From Paramecium tetraurelia (lineage: Eukaryota), in the NCBI GenBank assembly GCA_000165425.1, contig CT868452.1, positions 62,001-126,000 of the forward strand: 64,000 nucleotides of DNA, in the 5' to 3' direction. The position numbers and the translations under genes are program-made. Below, one piece after another: positions 37,501 to 50,438 of this stretch; within the stretch, counting starts at the first letter, position 1, and every line of letters starts with the position of its first letter. The notes below the pieces were generated by a model. The model had not been told where the DNA came from and ran no database searches. It saw nothing but the letters and a program-made list of their open reading frames with translations.

Positions 37501-40500
37501 AACATATTACATAAACTTATTGAGTGCAAGTTATTTTTAAATCCTAAAGGAAATACTATTTTAGAGAATGTTATTAAAACAGTTGATTAATCTTACATCA
37601 ATCAATATGATGAAAATGGCTGGAATCCTTTATTATATTTGATATCAGAATACACTAAGTCGGCTGAACAATAACATGATAAGATTTACCTTAAGAAGGT
37701 TCAGCAGTTATAAGTTAAGTTATTTGAATAGAAAGTATCTGAATTACCCCCAGAGAAAGATTAAATAGATGAAGAAAAGAAGCATGATGAAGAGGCTGAT
37801 TAAGAAAGAGATGAGAGTAAAGGTGAAGAACATAGTGATTTGGAGGGAAGTGAAGAAGAGGATGAAGAAGAAATTCCATTTAAAAAAAAGTAGGGAGCCT
37901 TTAAAAATCCTGCTTTCATTCCAACTAAAGCACGAACCCCTGCAGCAACTAATAGTTATCCAGGTATAAGTGTTCCGGCTTAACCATCTTAGTTTGGTAA
38001 TTAATTTGGCAATTAATTTGGTAATCAATTTGGTGCCTCATTTGGTTTATTTTAATAATAATAATAATTCTAATAATAATAATAATAATTAACTACAACA
38101 AGTGGATTTGGTGAAAATGTTGCCCATTAAAGAACATTTTATTATAACAGTAAACCAATTATTGTTCATTTAACCAAAGAATAAGTGGATGTGTTAAAAT
38201 AAGAAACGCTCTAAGCCTCATTTTTATTATAAGAGACTGTCCTAAAATTGTTCCAATAACTAATTAATATGGGGGCAAAATCCAATAGTGTTGTGATAAA
38301 AAGAAAGAAATTTAGAGAGCCAGATGCTACTTAACAAGATGTTAAAGAGGATCCTTACATAAGTGAAGGTAACTACACCATAGCACATTTTGTGTTTAAA
38401 TCATTTCATAGTGTTTCTTTTCTTTAGGGATTATAAAGAATTTCCAACATCTCATTTAAAGTAGCTACTCATAATGATATACACCCAATTCACTTATTTG
38501 TTGGAACATGCAATTTGTTTGCAATTTGTGGCAGAGAATAAGAAACTAGTTAAACATTCTTAAAGTATGTCCTAAATCACATCGATATCAAAGTTAGGGA
38601 TGGAAATTTCAATACTCCCACTAGCATATTAGCCTCACGATACTACGAGGATTTGAACTGGTTTATTGAAACCTTGTTAGAAAATGGAGGATCCATAGAT
38701 AACTTAAACAAAAGTAATGAAGTTCCGTTGTAAAAGTGGGTTAAAGCCAATAATATTAAAATTGTTGAACTATTTTTGACTAAATTTAAGGCTGATCCAA
38801 ATTTCAAAGATAAGTATAAAAGAACAGCATTGCATCATGCTATCAATTCTTCTAATTCTTAAGCAGATGCAAGTTTTGAGATGGAACACCTTTTGATTAT
38901 GAATGGAGCTGATACCAGTGCGATTGACTTTTTATAAAGAACTCCTATATTCTACGCTTTCACAAAGATAAACAAACATAGCGAATTCTCTGAAATCGAT
39001 CCTTTCGAAACAGTTTCCTCAATTTTAGCAGATAAAAATTGCTCTGTAAATTGCTTAGACTTTTATAAAAGGTCTCCTTTGCATTATGCTGCTTTGAGAG
39101 GTAGTGTAATTTCTGGCAGATACATGATTAAAATGAATGCTGTAGTAGACGATGTTGATAAATATGGAAACACTCCCTTGGGTCTAGCCTTCATAAGTGG
39201 GCATTCTAATTTCTGCACTATGCTTATCGACAATAAGGCCAACGTTAATCGAGATGCAATTGTGATTGATAGAGAAAAGGTGAAGCAAGAAGAGAAGCGA
39301 TAAAGACAGGAAAGAAGAGATAAAGGAGAAGAAATAGAAACAGAAGATGAAGGAGAATCAAATCCAGTTGAAAATGATGTTAATAACAACGCATTTAATA
39401 GTGGTGGTATGTTCTTTGGTAATAGACTTTAACCTCAAGGAAAAGTAGCAACCAGAAGTGCATTTGGATAGAGCAATTAACTAAATTAATTGTCTTAACC
39501 AACTAAATTCCCTGCTGGAACTTATTCGTATTTTAAATTAGCAATCAAATAAGGATGGCAAGGTGTTGCATACTTATTGATCACTGATGGATATGATCTT
39601 CAAAGAGCCATAGAAGATGCAATGATGGAAGATCAATTCAAATTAGTTAGAACCTTACTCTTGAAAGTTAAGGAGGATTCAGTTGTTCAAAAGTATAACC
39701 AAAACCATTAAAATCTATTCCACATTTTTGCAATCAAAGGGAGAAATTGTGGATAAGATATGGCAATTCTAATTGCAGATGAATTATCCAGAAGGGGAGT
39801 TGATAATCTATCGACTGATAATCAAATGAATACTCCATTACATTATGCATGTAAAAATGATTTCCTTTAAATGATTAAATATTTCTTGCATAGAAATGGA
39901 GATCCTAATGCTTTTAATTCTGACAAAAACACTCCCTTCTCAATTAGATTGCAAAATAACTATAAAGTTTTTGCAGATTTTGTGGAAATGGGATTATGGA
40001 CAAGCAGCAATGTTAATTTAAATACTAAATTTAAAGTTAATAAGAAAGATTATTCACTTACTCCTTTATTATATTTAATCTAGGAATATCACGTAGAAGA
40101 TGAAATCCTTCTCACTAAATTTACTGATGCAGGTTGTGATATTAATGAGAAAACTGAAAAAGGAGAAACCTCTTTAATTCTTGCAATTAAGAATAACTCT
40201 ATGAAATTAGTTAATTTCATTCTACATCATCCTAAATTTAAAAAAGAAGCCCACATTTAAGATCAAAATAAAAGATCACCTATTCATCATGTTGTTTAGC
40301 CTTTGGAATTTGGTTCATATGAAAATACAGAGATGTTAGAAGTCTTAGGAAAAATCTTTGATGTGAATCTGATTGATAGCCATGGAAAAACTGCTTTAGA
40401 TTATGCTGTTGATTAGGATTCTGGTGTTATGGCAGGAATTCTTAAGAATTTCTCAGCTGTCAAGAATGTTAAATCTAAATAACCAAGACTTCCAACTAGT

Positions 40501-42306
40501 GTAATCTCATAAGCTTAATGGGTGGAAGAGGAAATTGATGTAGAGGCTGATGCCTAAAAGTTTTTGGACTTAAATGGAGAATAGTTGGATGATTCAAAGT
40601 AAGATTTTAAAAATTAAGTTGATCAATATGCTGTTCTAACTGGAAAACTTGAAGTCTTAGTAGACAAGGAAATAGGTCCATACTCCTTATTGATGACCAA
40701 AGTTGATATTGGAAATGGGCAATATTCAGAAAATGTGTTTTATAAGATGTAGGTCTTGCATGAAATCAATCGAAATGTTTATGTCTTATTTACTAGATGG
40801 GGCAGAATAGGAACTGGAGGATAACATTAATAAACTCCTTTCGAAAATTCCGAAGAAGCAATCAAAGAATTTAATAAGATCTTTTAAAATAAAACAGGTG
40901 GCAATGATTGGAGAAAGATTAAAACTGGGGAAGAAGAATTTGTTAAAAGACCTGGTAAATATCAGTTAATGAATGTGAAAAAGATGAAGAATTACAAAAC
41001 TTTATTAAGTCCTTTCGATTTCAGTAAGACTTCTCCTTATCCACCATGCAAGTTGGATAATACTATAAAAAGATTCATTTTGTAGTTCATTCAGGTCAAA
41101 TTATATTAGAAAGATTTACAATAATTCCATGTAGATATGGACTTCTTGCCTATTGAAAGACTTGATAGAAAACAATTGGAAGTTGGCAAAGCTATTCTTA
41201 ATGAATTAACTGACAGCGTTGAAGAACTAAAATAACTTAGATAGAAGGGAGACTTGGATATTAAGAAGATATCTAATATATCATCTGAAATAGCCGATAA
41301 ATCAAGTCGGTTTTATGAACTAATCCCAATGGTTGAGTTAAGAACAGAACCTCTACCTCCTCTGGATTCGATTGAAGGAATTAATCAAAAGCTACTACTA
41401 ATTGAAACTTTGCTCAATTTTGAAATCACATCAAAGATTCTTTTGGGAGCTCACTTGGTGAAATAATCCTTAAATCCACTCACCTATTGCTTCAATGCAC
41501 TTAATGTTAGAGTAATTACTCTCCATCGAGAACATCCAGAATTTAAGTTGATTGATTAATATATAAATCAATCCTCAACTCCTAAAATATCTAACATTTT
41601 TGCTATTGAGAGAAGAGGAGAAGCTGAAAGATTTGAAAATAATAAACAACATAATAGATTATTGCTTTGGCATGGTTCAAAAATTTCAAACTTTATGGGT
41701 ATATTAGCCTAAGGACTCAAAGGTAAATTTATAGACATAATTATTAGTTGCACCACCTTGGGCTCTCAATACAGGATCAATGTTTGGCAAAGGAATCTAT
41801 TTTGCTGATATGTTCTAAAAGTCTTTTGGTTACACAGACGATTGGTCACTTCATTACAATGCCTATAATGGTCTATTCTAAAGCGGCGGCGGACATTGGA
41901 ATAGATAATAATAAGTAGTCAAAGATGAATAAGAAGAAATCCAAAGATATAGATACATGTTACTTTGTGAAGTTGCAGTTGGTAAATCATAAGAGCTTTA
42001 CCAAGCAGATAATGTTCAAAACTTACCTTGTATTTAGCTATATTTATATCATTAGAACAATATCAATCTGTAAAGGGATGTGGAAGAAGAGGACCTGATT
42101 ACAAATAATCCGTCATTCTATCAAATGGCTGCAAAGTTCCTGTTGGATAATGCATAGATTATCCAGATCCTAAAAAGAAAGACAAGGATGGCAATCCAAT
42201 CTAATACTATTTATAACACAATGAATATATAGTATACGACGAAACCAAGGTTAAATTTAGATATATGGTCTAATTGGATACCAAAGATACGGTTGACGAG
42301 TATTGA
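34507..42306 (+). CDS. giant ankyrin-repeat / WGR / PARP regulatory / PARP catalytic protein (~2570 aa)
   Basis: Many TPLH-type ankyrin repeats; FYKMQVL..LFTRWGRIG (WGR); SSRFYELIP (regulatory); LLLWHGS, GSMFGKGIYFAD, LLCEVAVG, LQHNEYIVYD; three tiny introns. Confidence 0.92.
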
Positions 42307-42436
42307 GTTTCTATTTCCATATCATTTACAATCAAATATTAATTAATTAAGAAAGAATTATTAAAGAACTTTGAAAATACATCGACAAGTTTACTTTTTT
42401 TATTTAAATCAATAAATAAAAAAAGTTTGTTCATAT

Positions 42437-44775
42437 TCAAATTCTCCTATTAGGAATTAATGCTTTCAACATGCCATCTTATCTTTTTCTTTATTTCTTG
42501 CTTACTTTTTAAGTTAATTGTAGCAATGAAGGATCAGCGTTATCTAGAATTAAAATTTTATATACCTGGTTCATATTTCAAGCAGAAGCAAACCTTCTTA
42601 GCATTTGGACTATCAGAAGGTGATCCTCCGTGAGCCAATTAACTCAAATATTATCCTAAAGCACACATAATATCAGCTGCATTGGTTGCAGTAATTTCAA
42701 CAGTTTCTTAACATCTAATTTCATTATAATAATCGTTACTTTTCTTCTTATTCTTCTGGTTAATCTGGACTTTCTTCAGTCTAATCAGCTGGAGTTTCCC
42801 CTCCTTCTTCACCTACATCTTCTTCCCCTCCTTCTTCACCTACATCTTCTTGTCGTCCTTCTTCACCTACATCTTCTTCACCTTCAGGTATATCAGGAAT
42901 TGTAGATGTTCCATTTTTATCTTTTGGAATGTCACCTGGTACCCAGCCATCTTCTTCACCTTCTTCCTCACAAGCTTCCTCAGGTAGCCATTCTTCTTCT
43001 TCTCCAGCTTAAGGTCTTGCACTTTTACTATTTGATTTTGGTCCACTTCTTCCTTTACTTGGTTTACTGTGTGGTCTATCTCCGGGAGTTCCTTCTTCTG
43101 GGGTATCTACATCGACATCAATTGGAGTGTCTTCTTCCTCTTCAGGTAGCCATTCTTCTTCTTCTCCAGCTTAAGGTGTTGCATGTTAACTTTTTGGATG
43201 ACTTCTTGGTTTACTTGGTCGACTTCTTGGTCCACTTGGTCGAGTTGGTCGACTTCTTGGTTTACTTGGTCCACTTCTTGGTCCATTTGGTCCACCACCT
43301 GGGTTATCCCCTTCAGCTGGAGTGTCTTCTTCCTCTTCAGGTAACCATTCTTCCTCTTCTCCAGCTTAAGGTCTTGCACTTTTACTATTTGATTTTGGTC
43401 CACTTCTTCCTTTACTTGGTTTACTGTGTGGTCTATCTCCGGGAGTTCCTTCTTCTGGGGTATCTACATCGACATCTATTGGAGTGTCTTCTTCCTCTTC
43501 AGGTAGCCATTCTTCTTCTCCACCTTAAGGTGTTGCATGTTTACTTTTTGGATGACTTCTTGGTTTACTTGGTCGACTTCTTGGTCTACTTGATCTACGA
43601 CCTGGCTTATCTCCTTCAGCTGGAGTATCTCCTTCAACTGGAGTGTCTTCTTCCTCTTCAGGTAACCATTCTTCTTCTTCTCCAGCTTAAGGTGCTGCAG
43701 GTTTACTTGGTCGACTTCTTGGTTTACTGTGTGGTCTACTTTTTGGTCCATCTTTTGGTTTATCTTCTGGAACCCCTTCATCTTCAGGTTATGGTCCATC
43801 CTCAGGGTTAAATTCTTCCTCTGGCCAGAATTCCCCTTCCTCTCCAGCCTCTGGTAGATCCACAGGAGTAGTATTATTTTTTTCACCACCTTCAAATGAT
43901 TCTTCTTCTTCAGCTGGTTCGTGAAGTTCCTCTTCAGCTGGTGTTGTTGTAGTTTCTTCAGTTTCAGTCTCAGTCTCTTCTGCTGGAGTCTCCTCTTCTT
44001 TTCCAGGATCTGGAACTGGTTCATCTGTTGGGGTATCTGGAGTAGTTGGATCTGCAGGTTTTGTTGGTGTTTCTGGTTTATCGCATTTTTCATCAGATCC
44101 TCCCATAGGAATGTCAATAGTTTGTCCTCCTCCACATCCTCCTTAGATGATATGTAATTCTTTGATTTATCCTTTGATTTTAATGACAGTGACTGGATTT
44201 TGATGGCATTATTAATTAATGCTAGATAGTTATCTAATTAGGAAAGTAGCCAATTTCAAAAGTGCATCACAACATTCACTTCTTTCTGATTCATTATCAC
44301 TACTTAATCTCTCTAATTGTCTTTCAATTTCATCGCAGTGTGCTTGTCCAATTTTGCTAGCTGTTTATGGAAGAACTAAAGACCTAATTTTTTTAGTCAC
44401 AACTTAATTTATTTATTTCAATTGTTATGGAGCAATCTCTAGAAATAAAATAAACTAAAATACATTTCTTTTATGTTTATTTTTTGACTTAAAGCAAGAT
44501 GACTTCCAATTATTTCAAAGTGTTGATATCTTTTTAAATGTCATCCTTATGATCAATGATGTCGGCCCATGACTCGAGATTTTGTTCCAACTACACAAAC
44601 TATTGCTAAGATGTGTTTTCACAATTAACATCCCCTAAATTGAGGTTGCTAATCTCATTTAATGACATTGACAAGAGTGTGCCCTCAGCTTCAAAAGCTT
44701 GACATAAAATTAAGAGATACCTTAGGTCACTGTCAATGCACAGATTAACAAGACTATGAACTTGACTTAAACCAT
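42437..44775 (-). CDS. secreted protein with long acidic/basic internal repeats
   Basis: Signal peptide MVQVKFIVLLICALTVTQA; Cys-containing helical N-domain; repeats QAGEEEEWLPEEEEDTP / RPSKPRSRP; Cys-containing C-domain; ends ALIPNRRI*. Confidence 0.75.
42960..43770 (-). repeat. higher-order coding repeat: five ~160-195 bp units alternating two types, ~355 bp period
   Basis: Core cattcttc..tctcca(g/c)cttaaggt recurs near 42989, 43151, 43346, 43507, 43667; 42990-43200 is nearly identical to 43345-43560. Confidence 0.9.
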
Positions 44776-45347
44776 TTTTAATAATGAAATTGTTTGCGTC
44801 CTTTATTTTTTTTAGACACAGAAACGGATAGTGTTCTGAATAAAATTTTAGAAAAAAAAATTAATAACAGCAGAAATACTCCTAGAAGATCAATACTAGA
44901 ATAATTGCATTTTGTTTTTCGAGATATGATCAAACTCCTCAGACTATTATTTGAAAGAAACTTTATCAGTTCATGTTTATTTTAATAGATTTTGTAGTAA
45001 AAAATAAGTGAACCATAGTAATATATGATTTGGTTGATTTATTTAACGCAGACAAATTTATAGATGCTTAATATAGATCTTTTATTAAAGAAACTTTTTA
45101 AATTTATAAGTCATTTGCTTTTGAAAGAATTCAATATTTGTATTTATTTTGAAATAAATAGGCCTTTGGTTATTCAATATTTTCGAATTAATAATATTTC
45201 ATATAGAGAACTAGGAAATAATGAGATTTAAGATTTTTATTTTCTATTGATGCGTCTGAAATTTATTTTCCATATTCTTAGATACAATTATTATTATTTG
45301 CTTTAGGCGTTGCCTTATAGTAATCAAGTTTTTATGGGGAAAGGCTT

Positions 45348-45775
45348 CATGAAAATAAAAAATTAAGACTAATAGTCCTCTCCCTAAGGCAGGAGCAAAC
45401 AAGGTATGAAAACAATTAATTTTTATTTAATTTAATAGTAATTTTAAATATACATTCTCATCTAAATGAAGAATTTCCTATCTTTTTTAGGGCTTAAAAT
45501 TTTCGAAGTAAAATTTTAGTCTTTATCCGTTGGGTATAATCAGTATTTATATTGAAAGGTTTAAAGAAGGGAATTGGAGTTTTATTTTTTTGATTACGTT
45601 ATCCAAATTATTTAAAGACGTAAGGGCTTTCTTCTGTGTCTGTCATTCCAACTGTAACACGACTTAATTAGAGTGAGGGCAATTAAGAGTGGAACCTTCT
45701 TTTTGTGGATTGCTCTTCAGGATTTATCTCAATAAATTTGAGCACAGCATTTTCAAATCTCTCGACTCTTCTCAT
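45348..45775 (-). CDS. small hypothetical protein
   Basis: MRRVERFENAVLKFIEINPEEQSTKRRFHSQLPSL...; 3' end uncertain. Confidence 0.45.
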
Positions 45776-46769
45776 ATAATTTTATTTATATATTGGATTA
45801 TAAGAAGTATTTAGATTTCTATAAAAGTGATTAAAATACAACAAGTATTTATAGAGTATTCATGATTAATTATCAAAAGAAAAATGGTACGCATATTTAT
45901 CAAAAAAGAAACCTCTCGTTTTGTTAAATTAATTTTTTACATCTTCCCTAATAGAATGATAATTTTGGCAATACTAGAATATTATAGAATAAGTCATAAC
46001 TATATATTTTAATTTTGCTCCAAATTTAGAACAATTCAAATAGGTAGAATGGTTAATAAATTAATTACATGAACTTGGATGACAAATATAGATGATAAAA
46101 TTCATTCAATAATTGCAATTATACTCACACGTTCATAATATTTAATAATATTATATAATAGTGGTTTCATAAAAACAAAATTCATTTTTCAATTTTCTAT
46201 TTATACTTTGGAGAAATTAATATGATTTAAACCATCTATTATATTAAAAAGTATTATAAAATGAAAAAGTATTTCTATAGACTAAGAATGGGATGCTGCA
46301 TTTCAATTTGAAGTTAAACAAAAATCCAAAACAATTGCTAAGAATTCATAAAATTGATTTAAATGCTTTTTTGTGTTTAATATCATCTATTCCATTAGTA
46401 TGGAGGATGTTTCTTAATAGTTCCAATTTACATTTCATTTTTATTCAATTATATTTTAACTGCATATTAAGCGCAATTAGATTTCTCATAATATAATTTC
46501 AATAATATCTCATATCTATTAAATTAAACTCCCACTTGTTTATGTTATATTAATTTTCAGGTGGCATCTAAATTTTTATTTAAAATCCTTTTTAGTCTCA
46601 TCATGTTTTAGCAAGAAGTTTTATTAATGAAGTTAATTTATGATTACCCCAAAATTTTGAGGATATAAACTAAATTATAAAAAGAATAGATCACCTCTGC
46701 TTTGATAAGTTTCAAAAATAATTTTTATAGTATTTAATAAAAAATATAGAGAAATAATTGATTTTATAA

Positions 46770-47230
46770 TTCATTAGTATAATAATTTGATGTACTCAAA
46801 GTACTATTAAAAATTTTGTTGTACAGGTATGGAATTCATTGAAATACCAAGGCATACCGATATGATAAGAACTACTAATATGATGTAAAATAAGTTCATT
46901 ATTAAACTATACGTAATCTTACTATAAAATTAAAACAACAAATTACAGAGTACTATAAATCATCGAGATGAGGAAAGCAACAGCCATCATCAATGAACTC
47001 AATATTAATGGTCGAACCAAATTTGGAGGTAATTCTCTGATTAATGGAATTATAATCATCTTCACTTCATTCACAATTGGTATTACAGTCAAGCTTCTCA
47101 AAATTTTTATTGCAATCAATGGACATTGACTTTCATATTCAGAATCTAAACAAACAAACAAAATGCTGATCATACTTAGGCCAAGAAGACCTAAATAAAT
47201 TATTAATGTATTCTTTAAAATTGTAATCAT
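46770..47230 (-). CDS. small multi-TM hypothetical protein or gene remnant
   Basis: MITILKNTLIIYLGLLGLSMISILFV...; three hydrophobic segments; 25-nt GT..AG intron near 46923-46947. Confidence 0.4.
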
Positions 47231-47760
47231 TAATATTATTTTTTTTCTTTATTATATAAAGTATAAATAATATCAATAATATGAAATAATTGGTGATTAA
47301 ACATATACTTTAATTAGAAAATCAACTCATTAATTAATTCCTTAAAAGTGATGTGTTACAAGATTTCTGGTTAAGAAATTTAATTTAATTCCACATCATC
47401 ATTATTTATTAATATCAAATATAATATACTTAAGGAATTCAAATATTAATATAAAAATAAGAGTAACAGAATAACTCAATTCTATAAGCTAAAATATTTT
47501 AGTTCATTCTATTAATCCTTAGGTTAATTCTGCTGTCTGTATATCTCCTAATGATAATAATAATATTTATAATCTGAAAATTGTTAATCTTAGATATAAT
47601 AAAAATTTAACAAATTCTTAATAAATGGTCTATTAAATGATCATCCATTATAATAAATCATAGTTTATGATAATAATATTTTTAGCCAAACATAAGATAT
47701 GAAATATTATATAAATTATTTTATACCATAAAAAAATAATGATTAATAATTATATAAACA

Positions 47761-50438
47761 ATGGGACCTAAATTGAGTATTGAAAAACATGTTTCAAATT
47801 TAGAAGACATTTTAGAATTAAATATTAAATTAATAGAGAAGGTTAAATTCGATAACAACATTCCGAACTCTATAACTTAGCACTTGAAAGTATAATTATT
47901 TCAAAAATGACAGATTTGGAAATTTTATGAAGACAAACTCTTTAATAAGAAGGTAAAATCTGAACCAATCAATCTAAACTAAATATAGACAAATGGATTT
48001 AATTTTCTATCAAATGAATGTTATCTAGTATTGTTAGTTTACAAAAAGGTTCATGAAGGTAAACTGTTATAAATAAGACGTAGAGCTTAATTAATTTACG
48101 AACTTTCCCCATTAGATGTGGGGAATAGTAGAGTCCCACTCAAATTTAACTCCTAGAGGATTGGAAGGTCCAGTAGCATTATCTGAAAGCTACCTTGAAT
48201 CTTTTTTATTGCCTTAAAGACAACTAAACCCATCAACTTCCAACATTTTTGAGTATATGATCTTTGTTTGGAATGGAAAAACCGCGAATCCTTTAATTAA
48301 AGCATAAGCATTATCACATGCATTTGAATTAGAGTAATTATTAAACAATGGAAGAGACCCTTTATTGGAGATTCTCTTCAATGGATGTACAATAAAAAAT
48401 AAGAATTTATCAAAAGGCTAAATCATAACATTGTAAAGCGGAGCTTAAACTTAAGCCCCAAATATAATAAGTTAAAATTAAATACGATAAACAATATACT
48501 TATTAAATTTTTTGTATCCAATTCCTGATAAAAAGAAAGAATTTTCAAAATTAGCTGGTTTAATTGCATAGAAGTAAGAGTTGCCTTAAGATTACGCTTA
48601 ATAATTTATTTAAATGGATTTGCCTTAATATCTTTCGTCCAAAGTAGAAGAAGTATCAGTTGAAAAATAGAAATTATAGCTAAAATAATTTTGCAATGAA
48701 GCTTAACCTAAGGATTTAATGATCGTTTATGATCAAACAAAATTAAGATGTGATTCAAATGAAATTTAAGATTCTATTTCTCCTTCTCTATAAAGTTTTA
48801 ATACACATTCTAGTATTTCTAAAGAAAATAAAGATGATGAGAACACTAATTCAGCATAACTACTTGGCAATTCAGTTTAAATAAATTTACATGATTAATC
48901 AAGAAATAAAGTGCCGAGTTTTAATATACCAAAACTGAATTTAAATTGCAAGAAAAATTCAAAAGAATTAAACATTTGGCTTCCTTTGGTTGAAGTAGTT
49001 GAGAATTCAGAAAATGAAAAAGCTATTCCCATGAAATTGCATCTAGATAATTTAAAATTCCAAAGAGATATCACAACATATAAGGATATTGAACAGGAAG
49101 ACTCAAATGGATATAATTTTGATATAAGAGACACAGATAGGAAGAAATTAAAGATATAATATTTTTCTGAATAATGTTCTTCAGTTATTCCAGATTTTTT
49201 GTTTGTAGGAGGAGAGTAAATTGCCTATAATCGAGAAATTTTAAAATAGATAGGAGTCACTCATGTGATTAATTGTGCAGGAGATGTTTGTAAGAATAAA
49301 TTCCAAGATGACTTCTAATATTAAACATACTATTTAAAAGACTCTAAAACTGAGAACATAGAATGCATATTTTATGAAGCTATTGCTATAATCGAAAATG
49401 CAAAGAAAAACAACGGAAAGGTTTTAATTCACTGCGTTTAAGGAGTTTCGAGATCTGTCTCCTTATGCATAGCCTATCTAATAATATCATAATAAATTAC
49501 ATATTCATAAGCATTTGATATAATCAAGAAAAATAGAGGAGTAGCATCACCTAATATGGGATTTACAGTCCAATTATTATTGTTCTAAAAAAGATTATTA
49601 GCTTAATACGATAGCATCCCAATATCTCCAAGGGTTTTTGCAGTTGGGAGAGGTGTTAGTGGACATTAAAGTATAGTTTGTAGAATGTTGATGGAATAGT
49701 TATTTTCAGAAAAATTGGAAAAGACTTTCGATAGTAGAGGAGTATTTTTGATATAATCAGAACATGAACTTTTTGTCTGGGTAGGTCCAGAATGTAAGTA
49801 ATAAGAAAAGTACAATATATATTTTATATCTAGGTTTATCTAATTTGCAATAGATTACTCGAATTATTTAATATAATATGAAAAAGCACCTTAGGTTCAA
49901 CCTACATTGATCAAAGCTAATGATGAAGCATAAGCATTTTGGAATTTATGGGGGATTGTTGGTAAGCAAGTGTCTGTTTGTAGAAAAATCAGATAATGGG
50001 ATGAATGGTATAATGAAGTTGAAGAAGATGAATTCAATAAAGAAAAAGAAGAAAATTAATTATTATACAGCTCTGATAGAACAGAAGAAGCTCAGATTGA
50101 AAAGACTGTTTTCTATCTCTATCCTAATTCTGATCAATATTTACACATTTTTGATTTAGAAGATTTAGATTAATCTTAATTAGTTATATTATTAAAAGAA
50201 ACTAATAACTTAGCCTTACAAATTTTTGTATGGAAAGGATAAAAATGGATTGGAAACGATAATGTATGATTTGTTGTTATTTTAAGGAGGAACAAATTTT
50301 TGTGAATGAAATTATAAGCAAACATTTTTCATTTATTAGCGAGACTAATATATATGTCTTCTAAGAAGTAAATTAATTTTATTAATATTAAAGGAGCCGA
50401 ATGAAGAAAGTGATGTATTTCTTGATTGTTTTTCATGA
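47761..50438 (+). CDS. dual-specificity phosphatase flanked by gelsolin-like repeats
   Basis: FLSNECYLVL...IFVWNGKTA (gelsolin-like); DSP VIPDFLFVGG...VLIHCVQGVSRSVSLCIAYL...RGVASPNMGF; FDSRGVFLI...FVWVG; IFVWKG...EPNEESDVFLDCF*. Confidence 0.85.

Noticed and set aside
42960..43770. Regularly spaced direct repeats resembling a CRISPR array
   Set aside because: The spacers are themselves homologous, the array is in-frame coding sequence, there are no cas genes and the context is eukaryotic
42906..43811. 301-aa Leu/Val-rich plus-strand ORF from the ORF track
   Set aside because: Antisense shadow of the minus-strand acidic/basic repeat protein. The same applies to track ORFs at 4303, 4697, 34726, 37744, 39084 and 57639.
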